From the NCBI RefSeq assembly GCF_006345805.1, contig NC_042997.1, forward strand, positions 137,454,001 to 137,518,000: a stretch of 64,000 nt of DNA, given 5' to 3'. This stretch comes from Octopus sinensis. Lineage: Eukaryota. A program made the position numbers and the translations under genes. The notes beneath the pieces were generated by a model, which worked only from the letters and a program-made list of their open reading frames with translations, was not told the origin of the DNA and made no database searches. Each line of letters starts with the position of its first letter. The stretch's first letter is position 1. Below, piece after piece: positions 24,276 through 36,840 of the stretch.

Positions 24276-24993
24276 TAACCGATATTTTCAGTCTTAAAGA
24301 CAAAATAGATGCACATAAAAATGTCCACAGAATACACATCAGTAACATGCTGAAAGGATAAGCAAATAAACATGAAAAGTAGCCAAGTCATTAGAAAGCA
24401 AAGGAAAACATAAAAACCACAGACAAGATCAATGTTAAGAGTAGCTATAGTTAAGAAGATTTAGTGATTAATAATAGTTGGCACTAAAAGAGACAGGTTA
24501 ATAATGCTGCAAAGAGAATGTAACAAAATATCTTGCCATCATATTTTGACATAATTGGCATTAACTTGCAACCACAAAGCTGGCTATTTTGGCTCTTAAG
24601 GTAACTTTGATCATTCATCAATGGACATAATTTTGTGTCTGTAACTATATTGACTTATTCAATATTTTAGATAATATGGAATATTAAGAGGTCTGAATAT
24701 ATATACATAAATATATATATGGTTGTGGGTGTTTGCATGCATGTGTTGATATCTATAATAGAAAATATATGTAACACAGGTTGTAGATTTTCATTAATTT
24801 ATTTAAAATAAAGGCTTTAATATGTTGCTACTCCAAATTTCTCAGTTACTTTCACTTCAGAACATACAAGAAGTGAAGAAACTTAGAATTACAACAACGT
24901 GAAATCTCAACTTAGGTATCAGCTCTGCATTAGATGTTGAGTACTTATTCTTTGCACTTATGCACACACACTCTCACACAGTTATATGTATAT

Positions 24994-25202
24994 AAAGAGG
25001 TGCTGAAAAGTTCCTGGCTTTAAGGGTATTGTGAAACCCCTGGTTGGAGGCCTAATCTTCCAAATTCTTTTGCAGGGCTTAGAAAAACCAAAGGACCACT
25101 GCAATAAGTGTGTGAACCTGAGAGGGTTGAATAAAATCATTATCAACTGATCCACCTCTATTTTCTTTTATCCAAAGCCAGGAACTTTTTAACACCCTCT
25201 TG
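24994..25202. mobile_element. Mariner-type MITE
   Basis: TIRs gaggtgctgaaaagttcctggcttt / aaagccaggaactttttaacaccctc. Confidence 0.75.
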
Positions 25203-25256
25203 TGTATATGTATGTATGTGTATGTTTGTTTTTTTCATGAATTCTCCCTATATGGA

Positions 25257-25299
<43 letters not shown>

Positions 25300-26169
25300 T
25301 ACATACTGATAATATAGGATGAAGTTTTTTTCTCTACAGAAAAGAATTCCATCAAGAAATGTGGCAGCATATTAAAAAATACCTTTACGGTTGCTTATAA
25401 GATGTTTATAATATATACATATATATATAATATATATATAATATATATACATATATATAAAATATATAATATATATATTTATATATTTTTATATATGTAT
25501 ATATATAATATATTATATATATATATATATATTATATATATATATATATATACATACATACACAAATATATATTCCTTAATTGTTTTAAAGTAGCCATGC
25601 TACCAGTGTATATGTTAGCGGGTATGTGTGTGTTGAAACCTGCAAAAAATTTGAAGAGTTTAAATAAAAATTAAGTTAAGAAGTTTGTTCAGTGAGAACA
25701 AAACAAGAACTGAATGTTACATTAACAGTGCAATCAATAGATTAATTAATAATTAATTGGTAGATATTTAACCAACATACAAATTTTAATCATATATAAT
25801 AGATGTTTGGGATATAGTCTTTATATAAACCAGTTTCCACATTGTGGAGTATAATCATGTAGTTTAAATCCTTGTAATTTGAATGTAGCTTTACACACAC
25901 ACATCCATTATCATAAATCTTACCAATTGGTTTCAAACTGGTTATCAAAACTGGATGTTAGATAACAGCACAGTTACATAATACCATGTGTTCATCAGAG
26001 CTGTATGGAAAAAAAACAAAGCACCATATATTTTTTTCATAGCTGCTAGGTCTGATGAGCATGCAGTATTAATTGTGCTGTTATCTAACATCTGGTTTTA
26101 ATATCTGGTATGAAATCAATTAATATGATCAGCAGTAATATATGATACTGTAGACTTTGATTAATATAT

Positions 26170-28400
26170 ATATATATATATAAATACAAGAAAAAATGGA
26201 TGTAAATAACAAGGAGAAATTCATTGTTTTCACTGGTATGTCTTTAATTTAATTAATTAACAAAGAAGAAGGTAGCATTTATGATTGTTTCAACTTAGTT
26301 TCAGTAAATATCTTCAGAATGCGAAAAATAAATTGATACATTGGTAATAGTAATATAGTCAAAATTTGTTAGTCTTACATTATATTATGTTCTTAAGTTG
26401 ATTATTCTGCTGAGGAGTGGATTTCATTGTAGTAGATTGGTTAGTTTATGGTTCTGCTGGGTAATTAAAGCAGGGTGTATATTATTTTGGTGTGGAATCC
26501 CGAGTTTGACTAAGCACATTTTTTGTGCACGTGTGTATTAAATTGGTTTTAATCAGCGGTGAGTTTTCGTCACCAGCGGTATAAATTAAGGAGGGTCACT
26601 CTAACTTAAGGTGAAAAGGAGCTAACTCAAACTGGATTGTTTACACTAGGGAGAGTGGTTTAAAATTATATTATGGCTAAAGTTTAGGAAGTTCATAGTG
26701 ATAAAAGGGGCCCTATGTAGGTGTAAAGTAAACGTTTAAGGTGGTTCTCAGCTAATTAGACTTATATAGATGAATATGCTAGTGTGGGATTTGTAGAGGA
26801 TCCTACTATTTTACCTATACTTTGAAAAGACAAAGAAGCCTACATGAAGACAAAACCTGTGGCTCTCAAATTTCCTATTGAGGAGGGGTTGTTTAGCTAG
26901 GCATTCTGATAAGCAGAGATCATAGCATCTGTTGGCGGTGTTGTACAAGGTTGTTTTTGTAAGTATATGCCAGTTTAATCTATAATCTATTTTTTTTATC
27001 CTTAAGCCTTTTATCTATTGAGCCCTGTTGAATTTGCCTTACTCCTATTTCTGAAGTGTGTTATATCTAAGTATCATTTGGATTTTAGTGGTACCTATAT
27101 ATGATTTTTATCTGGCTATTTGTGTGCACATCACATTAGTAAACTGTGTTATTTGTCTTACATCTATTTGAGAAATGGCACTTCGTTCCTTCCCTGCAGC
27201 CACAAATTATTAGGTATATGTGTTCGTGTTATGTTGTGGGGGCTATTACTGTTCAGATCTATATCTAAGTTATTAGGAGGCACTACGTTAGTGGTGGGCT
27301 TAATTCTATTTGTTGGTTGGTTATTATTTTTATTGTTCACAATTTTTCTAGTTTCATAGAATTTGTTTAGTTTTTTATTATTTATTGAGGCTATGATTTT
27401 AGCTAAGTTATTGGTCAGGTTGTGGCCTACTCTAATTTTATACCTAAATAATTCTGCGTATTTATTTTTAACGTTTAGGTGTTTATCTATGATTTTCATT
27501 AATGAGCGAACTATGTCTGATTTGAGGTGCATGGTGAAGGGGATTACAAGCCAGATTATATCACTATTTTGTTTATTTTTGTATTGTTTTTTCTGGTATA
27601 GAACCTACCCACCTTGTTTGTGAGTTGTGTGAAGTTATGGTTATGGCTATCTAGCTTATTTCCCTAGTTGGGTTTTACTTTCCTGTTACTTTTGTCTGTT
27701 TTATTGGTATTGCTTGCGTAGGGTTTATGTGGACTAGATGGCATGGTTTCCTTGTTATTAACAAGGTTCATATTGGTTCTTTGGGGTGCTTTAGTTTTAT
27801 TCATACTGATGTGTAGGCTTATATTATTATTTTTGTAGCTAATGTTATTTTTGGGCTTATTTGTGTACTTGGTGTTATTAGTTGTGTTAATATTGTTCAT
27901 CTTATTGACTATTACTTTATTGGTATTAGTGTTGTAGTTATTTTCGTTATTACTGGTGGTTTGTATATGGGCCTTGGCGTTGTTATTATTGGGGTTACCC
28001 ATACTGTTCTTATTGTTGGTGTAGTTTGTGGTGATGTATGGTGTGTGGTTGGTATTAATGGTTTTAGTGAATGGGTATCTGTTATTTGGGCTACTTGTAT
28101 GGTGATTAGAGTGAAGGTATTTAATTTTTTGTTTAAATCTTGCTTTCTGTAGAGTTCCTTATGCCTATTAAAGATATTTATGTTGGAAGACAGGCATGAT
28201 ATTCTATTGCTAATGCTATGTATTAAGCCACTCTTAATAAAGTTTGGGTGGTTACTAGAAGCGTTTATGTATTTGAGGTTCGTGTTGGGTTTTGTATAGG
28301 GTTCATGGAGTCTTGTGGCTAGGATACAGTTTGTGTGTAAGTAGTTAATAGAGGTGTGTTTCTTTTCAATAGAAATAGATAATCCAATTGATTCCTAACT
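26170..28400 (-). mobile_element. Old, heavily decayed Penelope-like element with an Asn/Thr-rich low-complexity segment
   Basis: Minus-strand thumb remnant PYTKPNTNLKYINASSNHPNFIKSGLIHSISNRISCLSS near 28300; linker LMKIIDKHL...IRVGHNLTNNLAKII at 27530-27400. Confidence 0.7.
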
Positions 28401-28420
28401 CTCTTTTAGTTAATTAGTTA

Positions 28421-28460
<40 letters not shown>

Positions 28461-28610
28461 ACTAACTAATTAACTAAAAGAGAGGTAGGAATCAATTTAC
28501 AAAGTCCAGTTGAATGCTTGATGCAGTATATGCTGGTTTACAGCATTGAGTTCAAATCCTACAATAGATTAGTGTTTCATCCAGAAAAGAGAGATTCTGT
28601 CCATATAACT

Positions 28611-28887
28611 CAGTGGTTCACAACCATTTCTTGCCTATGGACCCCTTTGATTACTATTCCAGTGGACCCACATAGTCATTTGATTTTTTAAAACTAGTTT
28701 TATAGCTATTTCTCTCAAAATTCCTAACTTGTGTAGGTTGAACTATGTAAAACGTTAGAGACAGAAACCTAGCCGTTTCTTGTAATAAAAACATCCAAAG
28801 TAACACTTTTTCATGGACCCTTAAAATAATACTGTGGATCTCCAGTTTACTATTTTTGCCTGTGTGGACCCTGGTTGAAAACCACTG
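28611..28887. mobile_element. hAT-type MITE
   Basis: TIRs CAGTGGTTCACAACC / GGTTGAAAACCACTG and a perfect 8-bp TSD ATATAACT at 28603-28610 and 28888-28895. Confidence 0.92.
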
Positions 28888-29197
28888 ATATAACTGATGT
28901 TATTAATGGGAACTGAAACAAACTCCATTTACAAATCCAGTTCACAATACTTCTCAGTTCAATTTAGATCATTTCCTATTGTAATTTAAAAGTCTCATGA
29001 ACTAATGGTGGGAAGGATGTCACTAAAACTGACATACTATGTCAAAATAATGTTTAACATTAAATAACAGTTAGTGATAATATTACTCTAATATTTTCAA
29101 ATTGCTGTCAAAAGTCTTTCATCTACCACAACATTATAAGTTATTACTTTTTAATCCTCAGCAGAATAATGTGAGTGAGTTTCATTAACCGATACAA

Positions 29198-29677
29198 TGC
29201 AGTGGAATTCTGCTTTAAGCATGCCATATAACTCCTCGTTACATTAAAAAAAAATTTTTTAGAAAATGTTTGCAAATTTGTTTTCTACATATGAGATTTC
29301 ACACAGCTATCAAAGAAAAAAAACTTTTAAAATTTTTTACAAAATTAAAAAAAAAATTACATTATTTAAATTTGATGGATATTTGTCCTTATCTTGTTTG
29401 TTGTGAACACAATGTTATACCCTCCAGCCTTCATCAGGTGTATCGGGGAAATTTTGAACCTGGGTTCTCATAACTAAGGTATTTTTCGATGTTGTTGTTG
29501 TTGCTCTTCTTTTTCTTCTTATAATTATTCAGGTCACTGCCTGGAATCAAACTTGGAATCTTAGGGTTAGTAGCCCGTGCTCTTAACCACTATGCCATAT
29601 ACCCATGGGCATATGGAACAGTGGTTAAGAGCACGGGCTAATAACCCAAAGATTCTGAATTCAATTCCAGGCAGTAA

Positions 29678-29713
<36 letters not shown>

Positions 29714-30242
29714 CAACAACAACAACAACAACAATAATAATAACAATAATAACAACAACAACAATAATAATAACAACAACATATTGTAAAATACCTTAGG
29801 AATGAGAGAGAACCCAGGTTTGAAATTTCTCCAAAACACCTGATGAAGGCTGGAGGGTTGTGTTAACAACAAACAAGATGAGGGCAAAATATCCGTCAAA
29901 TGTAGAAGGAAAATTTTTTTAGTTTTTAGAATTTTATTTTTTAAATCACAGTTTAAAATATGCACAGTCCAAATTTTGGGCTTTAATCCCAGCAATAGAC
30001 CATTAAATGTGTTTATGGGGAGAAAGATATTGAAAAACATAAATACATCAGACTGGCAAATAAACAAGGAGAGTATGAGGTGGTCATGAGATGTGCTAAA
30101 AATCCCAGCTAATCATGCACCAAAAAAATTTTTGGGGGTTTATGCATAATCATATGAATTCCCATATGTATAACACAAATTGCAAAACTTTTATGAAGTT
30201 AAGTAGGGTTATATGGTGTGCTTAGAGCAAAATCCGCCTGCA
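29198..30242. repeat. ~1-kb imperfect palindrome: head-to-head tRNA-like heads, (AAT/AAC)n and hammerhead-remnant tails
   Basis: Symmetry centre cccAT|ggg at 29605/29606. Arms pair through the tRNA-like head, gagaacccaggtt, cctgatgaaggctggaggg and outer gcag..cttaagca..ccatataac blocks. Confidence 0.85.
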
Positions 30243-30618
30243 ATTCAATGTTAATAGCAATAGTACAGACAGAGGAAACAGTGAATTTAAAGATTAGGCT
30301 TTGAACATTGGTTTAGTTGATGTAACAAATTCTACATTTTCTAAATTCCAAAACAACACTGTCTACTGCTTTGATTAAATATCAGTATTAAAAAAACACT
30401 AACATCCAATCAAACAATGATATGTTAACACACTTGCACAGTTTCAGTCACCAGGTGGAAGCATAGAGGGTTGAGATTGAGAATTGTGCAAGAGAGTGAC
30501 ACATGCGAAGAAAGCAATATCAAACACCAAAAGCTTATAAAACAACAATTAGAACAACCACAAGCAAAACAACACCAGCTAAAAGATGCATGTCAAAGAC
30601 AAGATTCCTGAGTGATAC

Positions 30619-30690
30619 CTCAGTTTCACTGCTAACATCTGAAACTGCTTCAAGAGCTTCATGTTCAGGTGAAGAGACTGGGCTTAAACT
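30619..30690 (-). CDS. EEA1: EEA1-like exon (first coding exon found), SLSPVSSPEHEALEAVSDVSSETE, phase 0-0
   Basis: Acceptor tttttgcttttttttccAG (30692-30691) and donor GTatca (30618). The 72 nt join in frame to the GFICPQCMK exon, matching the recalled vertebrate EEA1 junction NESSSE|GFICPQCMK. Confidence 0.75.
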
Positions 30691-30994
30691 CTGGAAAAAA
30701 AGCAAAAAGAGTTTATTTATTTTTATTATATTACTCATACAGAGGTGTCTGTGACAACATGGTTTGTAGCTAGCATCCCCCTGAGATACAAGACCTCCAA
30801 AGAGTCAACATTATAGATATTGACCAACTTAAGAATTCAGAATAAAATCACCTGAAACACTGTAAAGATAACAGAATCAAAATTATATCTAAATTCATTT
30901 TATAGTAAAAAAAAAAAAATGCAGGACAATAAATAGCAACATCATTTAGTGATCAGAATGGGACACCGAATCTAACAAACTATTTAAAGATAGA

Positions 30995-31455
30995 GTGGTT
31001 GTATACTGTCAACATAACGTGACAGTCCCATAAGGGAATTACACCACCGCTGTTTAGCCCTATCGGCTCTGACACATTTCCTGTGTCCTTATATTTGCGA
31101 AGGGGAGGCAAGCACCCCCACCTGCTAGGATTCACACCTGAGGACATGCATGTTTCTGGGTCTTAACCCATCATCAGCCCAGGATAGTGAGACCTGCTGG
31201 TTGAGATGCCTGCCTAGCCTTCGCAAATATATATATTTACAGTGAAATCTATTCACTGGTTACCGTAATTAGAAATATTAAATTTCTAAATGTCTCAAAG
31301 AGACATGAGCGGTGGTGGAGCGATATAGTGGTTGTATAATGTCAACATAACGTGACAGTCCCGTAAGGGAATTACACCACTGCTGTTTAGCCCTAGGAAG
31401 CATCGACGCTTCCTGTCGGCTTTGACACATTTCCTGTGTCCTTAGATTTGCGAAG
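30995..31455 (+). repeat. ~110-bp direct repeat (about 30995-31100 and 31329-31455)
   Basis: gtggttgtata..tgtcaacataacgtgacagtccc.taagggaattacaccac.gctgtttagcccta...gacacatttcctgtgtcctta occurs twice. Confidence 0.85.
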
Positions 31456-31924
31456 CAACATTTCTCAAGCCTTTTGCTCTTGCAAACCCCTTGAAATACA
31501 TTCCCATCCCAGAGTACTCCTATATGAAAATTATATATCTTCATTTTCTTTTTTTCTTTTATGAAGTTAAATTTTGTAAGAGAGTAAACCAATCATAAAA
31601 CTATCTCTGAATGGTTTGGCAATCCTATATTTAACAGATGGCGTGACTGTGACTGAGTGGTAAGAAGTTTGCTTCCCAACCACATGGATCCAGGTTTAGT
31701 CCCACAGTGTAGCACCTTGGGCAAGTGTTTTCTACTATAGCTTCGGGCCAACCAAAGCCTTGTGAGTGGATTTGGTAGATGGAAACAGAATGAGGCCCAT
31801 TGTATCTATGTGTGTGTATTTATATTCTTTAAGTTTGTTTATGGGAAACATTTTTGAGTACACACATAAAAGCTCCTATGTTGTTATGATGGTTACAGCC
31901 TAGTGATTCCAACTTGCAACAACA

Positions 31925-32168
31925 GTTTTATGGCATGTAAAAAGCACCATCCGATTGTGGCCATTTGCCAGCCCTGTCTGGCACCTGTGCAGGTGGCATG
32001 CAAAAAACACCCACTATACTCACGGAGTGGTTGGCATTAGGAAGGGCATCTAGCTGTAGAAACACTGCCAGATCAGACTGGGCCTGGCGCAGCCTTCTGG
32101 CTTCCCAGACCCCAGTTGAACCGTCCAACCCATGCTAGCATGGAAAACAGACGTTAAACAATGATGAT
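31925..32168 (+). mobile_element. RTE 3' terminal fragment with one 60-bp unit
   Basis: aaaagcaccatccgattgtggccatttgccagc...aggaagggcatc...ccatgctagcatggaaaacagacgttaaacaatgatga. Confidence 0.88.
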
Positions 32169-32235
32169 ACTGAATTGTGCTGATATAACATAGGATAAAT
32201 ATAGTAATAATAATCATAATAACAACAACAATAAC

Positions 32236-32666
32236 AATAATCCATGGATGGAATTTATAAATATTTTAATGCATCGCTGTACGTTTTCACAAATCACATG
32301 CTTTTTGTGACCACAGTCCGCATTCCTGGGAAAATTACAATACAATTTGTATTACCCATGGACATCAGGTGGGTCTCTGTTCATGCATTCATTTCTTCAG
32401 GTGATCTAGCATTAAAGTTGGAACTAACAAATGTTCAACTGAAGGATTTTTATAAATATTCACCAACTAAAAGGCTCATTGGGTTATGTGGGCAGTCCTG
32501 GTGTATTTGGATTAATTGCGAACAAAGATCCATCTGATGTCATAGATATTACAAATTGTATTGTAATTATCCCAGGAATGTGGACTATGGTCACAAAAAC
32601 GTGTGATTTGTGGAAACACGCATAGCGATACATTAAAATATTTATAAATTCCATCCATAGATTATT
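32236..32666. repeat. Foldback/MITE-like element with ~147-bp inverted arms (32236-32382 / 32520-32666)
   Basis: aataatccatggatggaatttataaatattttaatg...gacatcaggtgggtctctgttc pairs with its reverse complement across a ~137-bp spacer. Confidence 0.88.
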
Positions 32667-34699
32667 ATTATTATCATTGCTATATATATGTTGCATGTGT
32701 GTCCCCTCCTAACAACTGATGTTAGTGTGTTTACATCCCTGAAATTTAGCAGTTCAGCAAGAAGATTGAACAGTCAAGTGTCAGTTTAGTTGGAAAGAAA
32801 CAATGCAGTTATTAATAACAAGAAGAGTTGAAATTAATGCATGCAAGATTTCACAGCTCCGGCATCATTCCTTCATAGTTAACCTATGAAGTTTACAGCC
32901 CACCCTTGTATTGTTATGCAGAAGTCTGCAAATATATTTATGAGAACATGTAGTCTTGTGGTTAGGGTACTGCACTTATGATCATGAGATTGAGGGTTCA
33001 ATTCCCAGACCAGGTGGTGTGTGGTATTCTTGAGCAAAAGATTTCATCTCTGCAATCACTTTGACATGTGACACTAAGTACCTGTACATGTAATATTGAT
33101 TTGGTGGAAGCAATAAGCTACTGTGCATCAAAAACATTTTATCACTAAACAAATCATCTGTGCAGAATGTTCAACAAAAAAATTTCAGAACTGTTTTTGT
33201 TGGACTCAAGAGACTACCATTATTATTAGATGTCATAAAGGAGACAGGAGTAGCATTAGCAAATCTCATAAACTATTTAAAATTAAAATAGTGAAACTGA
33301 AAATAAAATATATTGTGTCCAGCAAAAAATATCACACAGGGATTAATTTTCATTTGGTGAGGTTGATTTAGCAAAGGGATTTGAGGAAAATTACATAACA
33401 CTAAATCTACACTACCAAATGATTTATTTTTGATATTAAATGGAATATAAATTAAATATTTTGACAAAACATAATGCCCCAATCTCACTGAAACTGATGA
33501 GACATAACTAGGTTGAAACACCAGCCCTTGAGTTGTTAGACTTGCTTGTTTTCTTCAGGGATTAAAAATCCAAAGTTGTTTTTAGATTAAGGTTGGGAAA
33601 ACTTTCTGATATAAAATTGTTTCCTATGTTTTGTGCATGTTACATTATTTTCTTCAAACACTATTTGTCAAATCTATGTCACTAGAGTATCTGTCCCCAT
33701 CCTTTTTTTGTACTCATGTAAAACAATTAATCCAGACTAGGCAATCATGCTTGTAACAAAACACAATAAAGTGCAAAATAGAAAATACATGTTAGCGTGG
33801 ATGTTCTGCTAGAACAAACTTTACTGTGTGGATGGCATGAGAAAAACTCTCATACAGGCTTTTGGTACAGAATGCATGCTGGTGATATAAACAAACAAGT
33901 GTGCATTCTGCACCAAAAGTCTGTATGAGAGCTTCTCCCATGGTATCTCTGCAGTAAAGTTTGTTCTAACAGAACATCCACATTTAAGTGGGAATAAATA
34001 TTAACCTCAAAGTGCATAATGTATAATTTAATTATTACATATATGATGCAAAAACACCCTGTAGATTGCAATAGTCAATAAATTAGAAATAACATTAAAA
34101 AATTAATTTTTTCTGTATGGCCATGAGCTGTGGATCATGTGGTACCAGGCTGCCATTTGTGTAGTGGCTGGAAACCACTACACTAAATGATGCATTATGA
34201 ATATAGACTGATGTATAGTCTCACTGAGTTTATAACTTCACTAAAGCTGATAAAAGTCAAGCAGATCTAAATTGTGATTCTTTAGTTCACTCTAGGAGTT
34301 ATTACTCCAGCATTATTTTAGAGCCGGACTATGATAATTTCTTATATAAAATTTAGATTATTTTGTGCTTCTATTTTCTCCTGCTGAAAAAATACTTAGG
34401 ATAAGAGGTTAAAATAACACAAGGTATTATAGAGTTAGAATTTGTTGATAAAAGAAAACCATTTATACTGTGAACAGCCGAAGAATTTATAAACTTCAAG
34501 AGAATATGAAATAATTCTCTTTTGGAATAGTGAAACTCAAAGAAGATAAAGCTATAAAAAATAAAGTTTCTAAAGTAGAGAAATTCAAAGGATTGCTTTG
34601 GACCCATAGTAGAACACCTGTCAGGTTTACTGAAGATATAAGTTTGAGTTCCACAGGTAACCTTTAACCTTTTCCATCCAAAGGGTTTTCTAACTCAAT

Positions 34700-36205
34700 C
34701 AGCATCATCATCATTTAGCATTTGTTGTTTGTCCATGCCGGCATGGGTTAGATGGTTTAACCAGGGCTGGCAAGCTGAAAGGCTGCACCAGACTCTGATT
34801 TGGCATGGTTTCTATGGCTGGATACTCTTCTTAATGCCAACCACTCCAAGAGTTTAATGGGTGATTTTATGTGCCACTGGCATGGGTGCTATTTGCATGA
34901 CACTGGTATCTGCCATGACTGCGATTTTATTTGGCTTGATGGGTCTTCTCAATCATGACATAATACCAAAGGTCTCAGTAATTGCCTCCATGAGGGCCAA
35001 TACTCAAAAGGAGCTTTTCACATGCCACTGGCATCAGCCACTTTGCCTCCATGAGACCCAATGCTCAAAAGGTGCTTTTTACATGCCACTGGCACGGGTG
35101 CCAGTATGTGACACCAACATCAGCCATGACTATAATTTCACTTGGCTTGATGGGTCTTCTTAAGCACAGTATATTGCCAAACGTCTCTGTGAGGCCCAAA
35201 GTTTGAAGATCATACTTCACCACCTCATCTCATGTCTTTCTGGGTCTAACTCTACCACAGGTTACCTCCATAGAGATCAGTACTTCTTTACACAGCTGTC
35301 CTAGTCCCTATGCATCACATGACCATATCAGTGCAGTCATCTCTCTTGCACACCACATCTGATGCCTCTGAAGAATACTGACTTCATTTCTTTCAAGCCT
35401 ACACATGTCCTCGGCTGTTACAGCCCATGTTTCACTGCCTTGCAGTGTAGCTGTTTGCACACAGGCATCATAAAATCTGCCTTTCACTCTGCTAGGTTAA
35501 CTCTAAGGCTCTTCAATTCTAGACCTTGCTTCCATACCTGAAACTTCTTCTCTAGTTCTGGTAGTGATTCAGCTATAAGAACAAGGTCATCAGGATAGAG
35601 GAGCTCCCAGGCAGCCTGACTTAAATTCCACTGTTATTGCCTGGAGGAATATGATGAACAAGAGAGAGCTGAGGACTGATCTTTGGTGAACCCCTACTTG
35701 TACCCTGAATTCTTCACTGCACTTGTTTCCAACCCTCACCTCAATGGTAGTGTCCCTGTACATGGCTTGTAAAGCTCTCACCAACCACTCATCTATCCCT
35801 AGTTTCCACATTAACTGCCAGATAAGGGATCGGGGGACCCTGTCAAAGGCTTTCTCCATGTCAACAAAAGCCAAGTACAGAGGTTTATCTTTGGCTATGT
35901 ATTTCTCCTACAGCTGCCTTACCAGAAATATAGCATCTGTGGTGCTTCTCCCTGGCACAAAACCAAACTGCATCTCATCTAGACTAAATCTTTCCATAAT
36001 TAGTTGGGTTATGACCCTCTCTGTAACTTTCATCACTTGATCCAACAATTTGATACCTCTGTAATTATTTCTATCTCAGGCATCACCTTTACCTTTGTAG
36101 CAGTTGACTATAGTGCTGCTACACCAGTCACTGGGTATGACTCTTTCAAGAACCACCTGATTTACAATATGGGTGACTAGACAATAACCAACCCTGCCAG
36201 ATATT
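34700..36205 (-). mobile_element. Internally deleted, decayed RTE copy (RT region, C-terminus, 3' UTR and tail)
   Basis: AFVDMEKAFDRVPRSLIWQL...GVHQRSVLSSLLF is homologous to 10050-10320; the tail catcatcatc lies at ~34703. Confidence 0.9.
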
Positions 36206-36840
36206 TACAAATTATTATTTATAACTCTATCTGCTTCAAGTTACACTATTCCAAAAGAGATTTATACTGTGTTTATATAATCATGTTAAATATTGTGATG
36301 AAAGAAACTTTAAGTTGTATTTCTCATGGCAGACAGATGCGGGGTGAGGACAAAGGGATGGCCAATTTGTCATATTTAATAAAAGTAAGCTGGTTTTTAA
36401 AATGTTAAAATTGCTCAACACCACAATGAAGAAAGAACTGTATAGGTGCACACACTATTAAGAAAGGCGGGATACAGGCAAAAACTTCACTAGTATTTCT
36501 GAGAGTGAGTGGACTGATATTAGTCAGTCTGAGAATCACTGCTTTAACACTTTGGTTACCTTATTCCTGTTGATATACACTGCCTTTGTTTCAATTAATT
36601 TTGAAAATAATTAAGAGTTTAGCAAAGTAATTTAATCATTATTAAACTGGTGTTTGGAACATAAATTAAGTCAGAAATTTGTTGGAAAATTTTAATTTGG
36701 ATCACTTTAAAACAGAAAACTTATATCATAGAACCAGGGTCAGTCTCAGGCAGGTTGATATCAAAACAGTTAAAGCACATTTTCATCTAATGCAAACTTC
36801 CATGGTTTTGAAAAGGAAAAAATGTAGTAGATTTTTTGCT

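Noticed and set aside
25402-25674. ORFs made of YI/CV/N/L repeats (also 29567-30067, 53522-53773, 56995-57358, 58901-59107)
   Set aside because: Translations of microsatellites.
29530-29680. tRNA genes (also the SINE heads at 19566, 20238 and 23880)
   Set aside because: A/B boxes are present but degenerate, the cloverleaf and acceptor stem are incomplete, and they continue into repeat bodies; these are SINE-type heads.
30691-30777. EEA1 start exon MLATNHVVTDTS joined through a 51-nt intron, or read-through from ATG 30738
   Set aside because: The intron is implausibly short, the peptide is unlike known EEA1 N-termini, and the read-through runs through a clear polypyrimidine acceptor. The true first exon remains unlocated.
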